Positions 42,935-52,733 of a stretch of DNA of 64,000 nucleotides are shown in pieces. A model generated the notes under the pieces. That model did not search any database. It saw nothing but the letters and a program-made list of their open reading frames with translations, and was not told the DNA's origin. The stretch lies in the NCBI GenBank assembly GCA_963836185.1, contig CAWIIQ010000001.1, forward strand, positions 768,001 through 832,000, in the 5' to 3' direction. This DNA comes from Candidatus Krumholzibacteriia bacterium (GTDB lineage Bacteria > Krumholzibacteriota > Krumholzibacteriia > Krumholzibacteriales > Krumholzibacteriaceae). A program made the translations under genes and the position numbers. How positions within the stretch are numbered: the first letter of the stretch is position 1; each line of letters starts with the position of its first letter.

Positions 42935-45403
42935 TCAACGGATCAGCACCATCTTTCTGGTCTCTGTGAACCCTTCGGTCCTGAGCATGTAGAAGTAGAT
43001 GCCGCTCGCGGCGGGAGTTCCGTTTATTGACTTTCCGTTCCATTCGGCGGCGTATTGACCTGCCGGCCGCGACTCGTTTATCAATACCGCGACCTGCCGT
43101 CCCGCGGCGTCATATACGCTGAGGTTCACAGATCCGCCCGACTCAAGCCCGAAGGCGATCGTCGTCGAAGGATTGAACGGGTTCGGCCAGTTCTGCGCGA
43201 GGAATGTCGCTTCGGGGATCGGCATCGGATCTTCGCCCGTGACCATGCCGCCGGGCCCGATGACTGCCAGGACGCTCATGTTCCCGTGGCGGTCGATCGC
43301 CGCGATCTTGTACCAGCTCTCGTACCAGCCGTCATATTCATCCATGAACAGAGGATCTGCAGTATCCCCAAGGTGGTTGAATCTCGCCGGCACGAAAAAT
43401 TCATCCGATCCGCGATAGACGGCGTAGTGAGACAGGTCCGCTTCGGAGTTCGGGTCCCATGACAGTTCGACGCCGGGCGGGCCCTCGAGCGGCTCACCGG
43501 CAAGCCCGAGCGGCTGAGCCGGCGCGAGGTTGTCGACCGAGTAGGCGCTGTCGGGGCCGACTATGAAGTAGTATGCCGGGTCGGTTGTGTGGATCGTGAC
43601 TACATAGTGCTCCCAGGGGATACCGCCTGAGGTCGAATCGCTTCTCGTCGGGACGGCGAAGAAGTAGGAGGGAAGCTGGCGGGCCGCCGCGTACCCTATC
43701 GATTCCCAGTCGCCCGGCGGGAAGTCGTAGTCGATCGCAGCGGGGGCCTTCAGTATATCCCCAGGTTCTGATGCTTCTTCGAAGAGGACCCCGGGCGGCG
43801 AGCCGTAGATATCCATCGCGGCGCCAGAGGTGCCGAGAGGCCCCGCCGCCATCTCGACCCGCCTCCAGATGTTGTACCCGGTTACCTGCAGGTAATCGAC
43901 ACCCGCCTTGTCATGTGTAGGCGCCGTCACGGATAGTCTGGCCCAGCCCCCTTCGTCGGCGGGAAGGTCGGCCGACGAGTCGAGCGAGGGCTCCCAGCCC
44001 ATGGTGCCGTCGGAGTAGATCCGAGCGGCGTATATATCGGTGTTGCCGTCCCGTTGGTCGGTCCATGCCGTCATGACCCCGCCTGCGCCGTCAGGTACAA
44101 GATGACCGGCACCGCTGAGGTCTTCGGAACTGCAGGCGATCACGCCTTCGGATGTCCAGAGGCTGGTTCCCGAGGAATTTATCTTCTGAACGCGGATGTC
44201 CCTGTTGTTTCCACTTACATCGTGCAAGGAGGTCCAGGAGATGAAGAAGTAGTGTGAGTCCGACGTGACGATCTGCGGGTTATATTCGGACGCCGGGCTG
44301 CCGGCCAGGATGTCCCCGTTATCTGTCCAGAGGTAATCGCCGTATGAGTCGAACCTCTGCATATAGATGTCGGATTCATTATAGGGGTCGTTCAGGCGCA
44401 GGTCTGTCCATGCAATGATCCCGCCCCCTTTTCCGTCGCCTGCGATGACCGGAGCACTCTGGGAATAGGGGGCAAGACAGACGGGTGTGCCGTTGTCCTT
44501 CCAGGCTGGTACGCCCATGTCATCGATATGTTGAACGAAAATATCAAGATATCCGTTACGTGAGTCCGCCCAGACGATGAGAGCTCCACCATTGCCGTTG
44601 GAAGCGATGTCGATCTGATTCTGCGATGATGGATCGCTGCAGACGCTGACCCCTCCGGGCGTCCAGAGGACCGTACCGGATGAGTCGAGCCTTTGAGCGT
44701 ATATATCGATTCCGCCGTTACGCCAGTCCTCCCATACGATGATAGCTCCACCGGAACCGTCCGGGATGATATGAAGGGATTCCTGGTCGCCTGTTTCGGT
44801 GCAGACGGCTATTCCTGAAGATGTCCATAACCTCGAGAGGTCGGTCCCCGAAAGCCGCTGCGCGTAAATATCCTTGTACAGCCAGCCATTGCGGTCATCC
44901 ACCCATGCGATTATGGCACCATCATCCCCGTCACTCGTCGATACCGGTTCGGATTGTACTGTGGGCGTATCGGAGACCCATTCCAGGATCCCGCCAAGTT
45001 TTGCTACAACCAGCGTAGTATCCGGGTCAAGCGGCTGCGAATGGTCCCAATAGTCGTCCTGCCACACGGCGATCACATATCCGTTGCTGCGCGGCACGAT
45101 CGACGGATACGACTGCCCGGTACCGTATGCACCCGGCAGGATACCGTTCTCGTTCCAGGCGACCGCGCCGGTAGAGTCGATCTTCTGATAGGCAGTGGTA
45201 AGGCCCGATAAGCGCTGGTCTAACCACATCGCGATCAGCCCTCCCGATCCGTCGGGAACGCACTGGAACAGGGTCTGCCCGGCCGGATCGGTGCAGAGCT
45301 CGTTTCCGTCCATCAGCCAGTAGGCCGAAGCCGGTGAGGAAATTATCAGGATCATCACAGCCGCGATAAACGCAGCCGATGTGATTGGATTGCTGGTACG
45401 CAT
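42935..45403 (-). CDS. Secreted repeat protein with FN3-like domain and FlgD-Ig/T9SS-like C-terminal domain
   Basis: DG.GGAII.W.D.R...DIYAQR repeats; C-terminal LAQNWPNPFNPSTTI...VYD.AGR.V...SGIYFY...KMVLIR. Confidence 0.85.
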   Translation of the reverse strand: MRTSNPITSAAFIAAVMILIISSPASAYWLMDGNELCTDPAGQTLFQCVPDGSGGLIAMWLDQRLSGLTTAYQKIDSTGAVAWNENGILPGAYGTGQSYPSIVPRSNGYVIAVWQDDYWDHSQPLDPDTTLVVAKLGGILEWVSDTPTVQSEPVSTSDGDDGAIIAWVDDRNGWLYKDIYAQRLSGTDLSRLWTSSGIAVCTETGDQESLHIIPDGSGGAIIVWEDWRNGGIDIYAQRLDSSGTVLWTPGGVSVCSDPSSQNQIDIASNGNGGALIVWADSRNGYLDIFVQHIDDMGVPAWKDNGTPVCLAPYSQSAPVIAGDGKGGGIIAWTDLRLNDPYNESDIYMQRFDSYGDYLWTDNGDILAGSPASEYNPQIVTSDSHYFFISWTSLHDVSGNNRDIRVQKINSSGTSLWTSEGVIACSSEDLSGAGHLVPDGAGGVMTAWTDQRDGNTDIYAARIYSDGTMGWEPSLDSSADLPADEGGWARLSVTAPTHDKAGVDYLQVTGYNIWRRVEMAAGPLGTSGAAMDIYGSPPGVLFEEASEPGDILKAPAAIDYDFPPGDWESIGYAAARQLPSYFFAVPTRSDSTSGGIPWEHYVVTIHTTDPAYYFIVGPDSAYSVDNLAPAQPLGLAGEPLEGPPGVELSWDPNSEADLSHYAVYRGSDEFFVPARFNHLGDTADPLFMDEYDGWYESWYKIAAIDRHGNMSVLAVIGPGGMVTGEDPMPIPEATFLAQNWPNPFNPSTTIAFGLESGGSVNLSVYDAAGRQVAVLINESRPAGQYAAEWNGKSINGTPAASGIYFYMLRTEGFTETRKMVLIR

Positions 45404-45629
45404 CTGACGGCACCTTCCTTTCGTTGATCGTAATTCTTTCCAAGGGCTGCTCTGCTGCCGGCGTCTGCATTTCATGAGCCGGATGAAACATCAAAAATAG
45501 CGAAACAGAACAGGACTATAATTATAACATATATTGGCTCTAATGTTAATACCGGTAATGAGTTATACGGTATATATCCTATATAAATTGTAAGGATTAG
45601 ATGATAGGATCGCCTGCTCTTGAGAGGCA

Positions 45630-45652
45630 ATGTACATATAATATTTATACAT
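45630..45652. promoter_or_regulatory. Imperfect palindrome, probable toxin-antitoxin operator
   Basis: ATGTACATATAATATTTATACAT directly upstream of the AAGGAGG RBS. Confidence 0.5.
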
Positions 45653-45667
45653 CAAAGGAGGCGTGAA

Positions 45668-46018
45668 ATGATCAGGACGCAGATATATCTAACGGAAAAA
45701 CAGAGGGATGATCTGGCATCGATGGCAATGGTCGTCGCGGAGCTTTATGCCGGAGTGAAAGGTGAAGCGGAAGAGGGCGTCTTGGGGGAATTCGTATCGC
45801 TCTTTCGTATCGTCTCGGCCACTGCCGAGATAGCCCGGTCCGCGGGCCTGTACAAAAGGGATTACGGCAGCTCGCACGGTGTAGGACTAGCGGATGCGGT
45901 CCTCGCCGCGACCGCTATGGTCGAGGAAGCGATTCTGAAGACGCTCAACACAAGACTTTATCCCATGATCAAAGGTCTCGAGCCGGCGTACAGGAAGCAG
46001 GAAGACGCCTTGCTGTAA
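45668..46018 (+). pseudogene. Collapsed vapBC: RHH antitoxin N-terminus fused to PIN toxin C-terminus
   Basis: MIRTQIYLTE.Q..L (CopG/RHH start) joined to ELYAG...GLADA.LAATA....L.T.N..YP (PIN) lacking the N-terminal DT motif. Confidence 0.7.
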
Positions 46019-46216
46019 ATAGAATTATTTCACTTTACATAATCTCTCGCCAACAATATCATTTGTTCAGCGGTAAATCTAATGATGATACAGCATGATT
46101 GATGCCTGTCGGCGGAGCTTCGTGGAAAGAATGCCCTGTCGGCGGGTGTGATGCAATGGACCTTCGAGAAAGGCGGTGTCTCTGTGCTTTCAACATTGTT
46201 ATGGCCGAAAGGCAGG

Positions 46217-47418
46217 ATGCTGGTTCTTCTGCTCATCCCGCTCGTCGCTTTCGTTTCCTGTAGCGAGGACGATCCGGCAGCTCCGTCGAATGATCCGGCT
46301 TGCCGGCTTTCCGACGATGCCCTCGATTTCGGGGCGGTTGCCATCGGGGGTAGCAGAGAGCTTTCCTGCACCATTAAAAACACTGGCGGGGGACACTCGC
46401 TGGAGATGTCAGCGAGACTTGTGCTTACTACGTTATCGTATCAGGCGGCGGCGCCTTCTCGCTCGGCGCAGGCGATTCGGTCGTCGTGACCGTGCGGTTC
46501 GAGCCGTCGGAAGAGGGTACCCACACGTGCTCGGTCGCCACGGGCGTGGCTTCGTGCGGCGGCATCTCATGTACTGGCGATGCTCAGTACGCCTGGGAGA
46601 CGATTTACACGAGCGGTTATCACTTCTGGAACGATATCTGGGGCAGCTCGGCAGCCGATATCTGGGTTGTAGGAGGGGAGATGAGGCATTACAACGGCTC
46701 CGTCTGGTCCGAGGTAACGAATCCCTCCGACAAATCCCTCTACGGCGTCTGGGGGAACGGGCCAATAATGTCTATGCCGTCGGGCACGATTACTTCACCA
46801 GCAAGGGGGTCATCCTCCATTACAACGGATCCTCCTGGAGCATTATCCTGGACGAACTTTCAGTAGGATTTCTGGGTATCTGGGGGAGCGGCCCGAACAG
46901 ATATCTACGCTGTCGGAATCGGCGCCAGCGCGTACCATTACAACGGTTCGACCTGGGAGACTGTAATGCTCGGTGGTGTTATCTATCAGGCCGTCTGGGG
47001 CACGGCGTCGAACGATGTCTTCGTCGTAGGCGATACCGGAAGGATCCAGCACTACAACGGCTCGACATGGGAGACGCAGACCAGCGGAACGTCCTATGCG
47101 CTGATCGGGATCTGGGGTATATCGGGCAGCGACGTGTACGTCAGCGCAATGGAAGGTATACTTTCCTATGCAAGCCCGTCGTGGGCATGGATGCAGGTCA
47201 CAGGTTCAAGCCCGCGCATGGAGGACATCTGGGGGACTTCACCGACCGACATCTACAGCGCAGGGTACGGTGGCAGGATCATGCATTTCGACGGCTCGAG
47301 CTGGAATGACATGCTAAGCCCCACGACTGAGAAACTACTCGGGATCTGGGGGACTTCCTCCTCGAATATCTACGTTGTCGGAGATGGCGGATCGATCCTG
47401 CGTTATACCGGGAACTGA
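46217..47418 (+). CDS. Lipoprotein with Ig-like (ASH/choice-of-anchor D-like) domain and IWG.S..DIY beta-propeller repeats, frameshifted
   Basis: Lipobox VSC; LDFGAV...I.NTGG; repeated IWGSS..DIWVVG, HYNGS.W. Confidence 0.75.
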
Positions 47419-47437
47419 GGCTGGCGCGCAAGTAACG

Positions 47438-47997
47438 TCAGAATGAGCGGGAATACTGCACTCGGAGCTCGCGGCCCCGTTCTATATACATGCTGAGGCT
47501 GCCCCCCAGTTCGACCTGCTTCCAGGTCTGGCCCGGAGCGACCGCTCCGATCAGTGCCCCTACCGCCATGCACGGGATCCCGACGGCGCCGATGATTCCG
47601 ATCACTCTCGCGCTTGAGGCGGTGTTGCTGCACGCGTTCCACGGGTCGCCGCAGTCCGCGTCGACATCGTCCCAGGTCGCGAGGCCGTATATCATCCCTA
47701 TCGTCGCGCCGATTGCGCCTCCGATCCCCGCGCCGATCAGCGCCCCTGTGCCCTTCGATCTGGGAGCCCTTATCTCCAGCTTCTCGATCTCGCCGAACGC
47801 GATCGAACTGGATTGCTTATCCTTTTCGCCCTGCACGTACAGGGTATCGGGGCTGAAGCGCTCAAGCACATAGCTTTCGCGGTTGCCGGCCGTACTGATG
47901 CGCAGCCTGTCTCCCTCTTTGAATCCGTGCCCGGTCTGGGCGATCCCATTGGCCGGCAGGAGGACCACACGCCCGCGATAACTGTCAGTACTCGCAT
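47438..47997 (-). CDS. Hypothetical exported protein with Gly-zipper-like segments
   Basis: Signal peptide (frameshifted), GALIGAGIGGAIG, GALIGA..P..W. Confidence 0.6.
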
Positions 47998-48063
47998 ATC
48001 AAAACCTTCGAAAAAGCCTCGATCAGAATCGATAACGGATGCCGGCTGTCAGCGGCATGCCCA

Positions 48064-48661
48064 TTATGGTGTAGGACAGACCGTCCGCGATCTTATCCCC
48101 CCGGGAATGACGGTCACCGAGGCGGATATAGTAAAGGCTGTGTTCGGGCTGATATCCCGGTCGAACTCGACGCCGAACAGGTATCCAAGTTTGTTTTTCA
48201 TGAAGTCGTAATCATATGTAGTTCCCTGAAAGGTCTCGCGGCCTGAGCACAGGCAATAGTTCAGGCCCAGTATCAGCGCTAAGGTGTGCAGCCGGTCGTC
48301 CCAGAGGTGGGGCTTGAACTGGGCTCCGACGTAAAAGATATAGGCGGACGCATCGATGATGTCTCCGTTTGAGGCGGCATAGTCCTCCCACGCGCCAGTG
48401 CTGAGATCGATATAACCCGCGGTCAGCGCCATGCCCAGATGCTGTGTGAACCTGATCTCCGTGTCTCCCTGAAATGCCGATCCCTCCGCCGAACTGGTCG
48501 AAACCTCCGTACCGGTGGGTATTCCAGTCCCCGAATGGAAAGAAATAGCCCGCGCCCAGACTGATGGAAGTCTTTGCTGCTTCGGCAGGGGAGGGAACCG
48601 CTGCAGACAGCATTACCAACAGAGACAGGACACAGAACCATAGTGCCGCATTTCTTTTCAT
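48064..48661 (-). CDS. Hypothetical outer membrane beta-barrel, frameshifted
   Basis: Signal peptide; ORFs 48212..48712 and 48064..48432 with amphipathic strands. Confidence 0.5.
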
Positions 48662-48770
48662 TTTGATACCGCTTCCGTTTTCCAGCACAGCCGCGAGCGT
48701 ATCGGCCGTCACTTCCCAGGATCGGGCGCCCCCCGAGGAAGGTGTAGTCGTACATTCCAGGGTCGACCAT

Positions 48771-49136
48771 TCACAGCCGCTCGATGCCGGTTCGTACGGG
48801 GCGATCGAGAATGTCCGTTCGGCGCTTCCCGATACGCTCTGCCCCGGTGGAGTAGAAGACCTTCGCGGTTACGATGGAGTAGCCTTCTTTCTCGAATATC
48901 GCGCCCCCGCCAGGAGAGATGTAGAGGAACGGATCGCCATCGACGATCACATTTACGTAATGGGACGTCTTGTTGACTACGGTAAGGCGGCCTACATCCC
49001 CGCCGACCGTGACGTCCACGGAAAGGGCAAGGAGCAGGAGAGCCGCCGCGGCACGCAGTATGATCCTGAATGGCGCGGTGCTGTGGCGCGTCGAGTATGT
49101 GCTGCGGGAATCATCGGGTTCGCGTTTTCTGGACAT
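48771..49136 (-). CDS. Small exported hypothetical protein
   Basis: Hydrophobic segment followed by L.VVN.T...V.V.VDG beta-sandwich-like sequence; 3' end uncertain. Confidence 0.45.
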   Translation of the reverse strand: MSRKREPDDSRSTYSTRHSTAPFRIILRAAAALLLLALSVDVTVGGDVGRLTVVNKTSHYVNVIVDGDPFLYISPGGGAIFEKEGYSIVTAKVFYSTGAERIGKRRTDILDRPVRTGIERL

Positions 49137-49420
49137 GACCCTCCCCCTTTGAGTCAATCACCAGATGTTGTCCCGGGATGCGTGGCTATTATACCATGGA
49201 AAATCCAGAAAAATCTGCATATTTTTCAACTTCAATGAGCTGTTTCTTTATGCGCTGTCCGGATCAACGATCTCGAAGTCTTTTCCGACAACAGTATATG
49301 ATGGAACGCCAGCCAGGTCAGTAGGAATGCCGACTGCTGGCGCGGCCTGGTCATGTATTACTGCAAAGATTGGTATCCTGATTCCTGTGTGAGCGGCGGA
49401 AGCTGACAAAATCAGGCGAT

Positions 49421-52400
49421 TTAGTCTCGCCAGTGCTCCGAGGCACGCAGATTGGCAAAGAATTCCTCTTCTTCGAACTGCTGACGCTCCGCCAGGCCGC
49501 GTTTCAGGCAGAAGTCCATCCACTCCGCAGCCTCTCTCGTGCGCCCCGCCATGCTGTAGCACGACGCAGCTGACAAGGCCGCGCCGGTGTACTCCGGCGA
49601 CACTTCGCAGACTGCGGCGAAGGCGTCGCCGGCCTCGCCGTAGCGCTCGAGGCTGGCCAGTGCCATGGCCACATTATTGCGGTTGACTGGTGAGTCGGGT
49701 ACGATGGCGAGCGCTCTCTCGAAGCTTGCCAGCGCCTCCTCGAAACGTCCCGCCATTGCCAGTTGTCGCCCCTCAAGGCTGTACCCTCGGTCGTCGTCGG
49801 GAAAGCGCGCAAGGAAGTCGTCGATTCCAGCTTCAAGGTCATCGCCGCGCTTCAGTGCCCGCAGGGTGAGCAGGCGGTTGTAGTGCAGGTTCGCGTCGTC
49901 GGGCCGCTCGCGCAGGGCCTCATCGAAAATCGCCAGCGCTTCGGCCGGGCGGCCCTGGTCATAGCGCTGCAGGCCCAGTTTCACCCTGGCCCGCACGTCG
50001 GTCATGCGGCCCGAGGCTGCTCCGGCCTCCAGCAGTTTGTCCTTTTCGTCGAGCTGGTCCAGTACCGCGGTCAGCCGCGGATCGCCGGGATTGATCTCCA
50101 GGCCCTCCGCGAAGCGGGGCCTGGCATTGTTCAATTGCCCGCTGCCGCCGCCCATAGCGAAGCCAGCCAACAGTCTCTCCGATGCGCCCTGGTGTCGCTC
50201 AAGCTTGTCTTCATCGACCGCCCCGGCCAGACGCAGCTCCGATGGATCGAACAGTCGCTGCAGCCAGAGCAGGTCATCGTCCTCGTGGACCGTAAGCCTC
50301 TTGGAACGGTAGGCCTGTACTACGCTGAACTCCAGTCGCGGCCGTTCCCAGGTATTGATCGGGGAGGAGCCAAGGTCGGCGGCCAGCCGCTCCTTCCCCG
50401 CCACGTACAGACCGGCGATGCTGTAGGGATCGTCGAGTTGCAGCGAGGTCAGGTCGGCGGCAAGCGCCGGCTGCTTTACGTGGCGCGCAGCGGCGTCCAT
50501 GTCGAGGACCAGGGGCGACGGGCTGCCCGCCAACACGTAGTTGTAGGGATCGTACCAGAATACGGCGACGTGGGGGAAAGCGGCCAGGAAGCTGCGGGTG
50601 ATCATCTGCAGTTCGATGAGCGGTAGATGCGTGGCCAGCCACTGCACCATGACGCCGTCCGTGGTAAGCCGGTCGCGGCAGAGCTCATAGTAGTCACGTG
50701 ACAGCAGCGGCGCGTTGCCTGAGTATTGGGGATTCAGCTTGGAGTCGCTGCTGATGATGTCGTAGCGTTCCTTCGCGGTGAGCAGGAACTGCACACCGTC
50801 GCCGACGATGATCCGCGTACGCGGATCATCCAGGACATAACCATTGAACGGTCCGAAGTGGCGGGCTCCATCGACGACGCTCGGCACGATCTCCACGCAG
50901 TCGAGTCGTTCCAGCTGGGAATAGAGAGCCAGAGCACCCAGCGTTATCCCACTGCCAAGTCCGACCGAAAGCGTGCTGCGCGCTTCGGGCGCGAGCAACA
51001 TCGGCAGATGGGCGAGGATCTTCTCCTTGCGCAGGATTGTTTTCTCTGTGCCACCGATGTGGTACCCGTCGATGCTCATGTGCAGGCCGCCATCGGGCTT
51101 TCGATAGACACGAGTCTCCGCGGCGTGGTCCTCGCGCTCGAAGAGGACGCGGTCGTACGGACCCTGTGTGTCGCTAAGCAGCGTTCGGCCGCTGCGCGCC
51201 AGTTTCGGCGCGGAGGCAGCCAGGGCCAGCAGGACAAGCGCTGCCACCACAGGCTCAACGGCCCTGCGGCGGCGTGTACCGAGGTGGGCGGCCAGTCCGA
51301 CTGCCGCACTCAGGCAGCCGGTCAGGATCAGCGCGCCCTTTGCGCCGAACAATGGCAGCAGCAGGAAGCCTGCGGCCAGGGAGCCGGCGATAGCGCCCAG
51401 CGTATTGAAAAAGTAGAGATTACCCACGCCGCCGCCCAGCCGACGCAGCTCGTGCACTCCGATGCGAGTGACGACAGGGAAGGTCATGCCCGTCAGGAAT
51501 GTGGTAGGCGCCATGACCGTGAAAGCCACCAGGAAGCGGCGGGCTATGTAGCTGGTCCATCCGATTTCTCTGCTGTTGAGCCAGTCACCGTCCGCCACGC
51601 GCGGCAGCCACTCCCAGATGAGCAGTACGGTGGAGAGCGCAGCGACTCCGATGGCGAGCTGCGTCCAGCCCAGCAGCGCGACCTGTCGGCGTACGCGGTC
51701 CACCAGGTGCCCGCCCAGCCAGCCGCCGAAGGCAAGGCCGAGCAGGAATGTGGTCAGCATCGCGCTGAAGGCGTAGGTCGAGTTGCCCAGGAAATGTTGC
51801 AGCGCACGGCTCCAGTAGAGTTCGTAGCCCAGGGAAGCGAATCCGCTGAGCGCGAAGATCAGGCATAGCAGGCGCGGGTCGATCGCCATATCGGCATCAG
51901 GGGCCGGTGCTGCCGCCTCCGGCGCGTCCACTGCCTCCGCGGCGGGGTGCGTGCCCCGTTCCACGAGCAGGATCAGCAACCCGATCAGCAGGTTGATGGC
52001 GATGGCCAGGAAGGTGGATATACGCAGGCCGAATGCGCCTATCAGTACGAACCCCGCGAGGAAGCAGCCCAGCACCGCGCCGAAGGTGTTCACGCCGTAG
52101 AGCAAGCCCAGTCCGCGTCCCATGCGCTCGCGGCTGGTGACTACGAAGCGGGCGAGCACTGGAAGCGTACCTCCCATCAGGAAAGTCGGGGGCAGCAACA
52201 GGACCAGCGCCACGATCACGCGGAGCACCGCCAGAGCCGGGCCGGGTAATACCCGGGCGACGGCGACGTAGGCCGCCGGTGCGAGGAGGATGAGCAGGTA
52301 GGCGGCCAGGCCCGTGATTGCGATACCGAATTCAAGACGAGCGTAAAGCGCCAGCGGCCGGGGATTTCGGTCGGCTATTTTCCCGAAGTGACGGCTCCCA

Positions 52401-52561
52401 AGGGCGAGGCCGCCCATGAAGGCGGCCAGCACTGTGCTGATGGCGAAACTCGTTCCTCCCAGCAGGTGGCTGAGCAGGCGGATCCAGGTGATCTCGTAGA
52501 TCAGCCCGCTAACACCGGAGAGTGTGAACAGCAGCAGGACGAATAGCGTGGAGCGTCGCAT
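49421..52561 (-). CDS. Fused membrane (MFS-like)/spermidine-synthase-like protein with C-terminal TPRs
   Basis: SG..GLIYEI.W, PT.LMGGTLP, VGLGSGIT, VEI.P.V, GDG..FL....RYDII; TPR helices. Confidence 0.9.
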   Translation of the reverse strand: MRRSTLFVLLLFTLSGVSGLIYEITWIRLLSHLLGGTSFAISTVLAAFMGGLALGSRHFGKIADRNPRPLALYARLEFGIAITGLAAYLLILLAPAAYVAVARVLPGPALAVLRVIVALVLLLPPTFLMGGTLPVLARFVVTSRERMGRGLGLLYGVNTFGAVLGCFLAGFVLIGAFGLRISTFLAIAINLLIGLLILLVERGTHPAAEAVDAPEAAAPAPDADMAIDPRLLCLIFALSGFASLGYELYWSRALQHFLGNSTYAFSAMLTTFLLGLAFGGWLGGHLVDRVRRQVALLGWTQLAIGVAALSTVLLIWEWLPRVADGDWLNSREIGWTSYIARRFLVAFTVMAPTTFLTGMTFPVVTRIGVHELRRLGGGVGNLYFFNTLGAIAGSLAAGFLLLPLFGAKGALILTGCLSAAVGLAAHLGTRRRRAVEPVVAALVLLALAASAPKLARSGRTLLSDTQGPYDRVLFEREDHAAETRVYRKPDGGLHMSIDGYHIGGTEKTILRKEKILAHLPMLLAPEARSTLSVGLGSGITLGALALYSQLERLDCVEIVPSVVDGARHFGPFNGYVLDDPRTRIIVGDGVQFLLTAKERYDIISSDSKLNPQYSGNAPLLSRDYYELCRDRLTTDGVMVQWLATHLPLIELQMITRSFLAAFPHVAVFWYDPYNYVLAGSPSPLVLDMDAAARHVKQPALAADLTSLQLDDPYSIAGLYVAGKERLAADLGSSPINTWERPRLEFSVVQAYRSKRLTVHEDDDLLWLQRLFDPSELRLAGAVDEDKLERHQGASERLLAGFAMGGGSGQLNNARPRFAEGLEINPGDPRLTAVLDQLDEKDKLLEAGAASGRMTDVRARVKLGLQRYDQGRPAEALAIFDEALRERPDDANLHYNRLLTLRALKRGDDLEAGIDDFLARFPDDDRGYSLEGRQLAMAGRFEEALASFERALAIVPDSPVNRNNVAMALASLERYGEAGDAFAAVCEVSPEYTGAALSAASCYSMAGRTREAAEWMDFCLKRGLAERQQFEEEEFFANLRASEHWRD

Positions 52562-52733
52562 TTTTGCCTTTCAATCGGGGATCGATGTGATTTCCAGACG
52601 GCGATTATATTGGAAATTGGATTTCGTGTCAATTCTGCCCGGACGTCTGAATTTGTCGAGGGGATGCGATGCGGGGGAGATAATCCGAGTTATATATTTA
52701 CAGTCTGAGTTCATGTGATAGAATTCCCGTACG

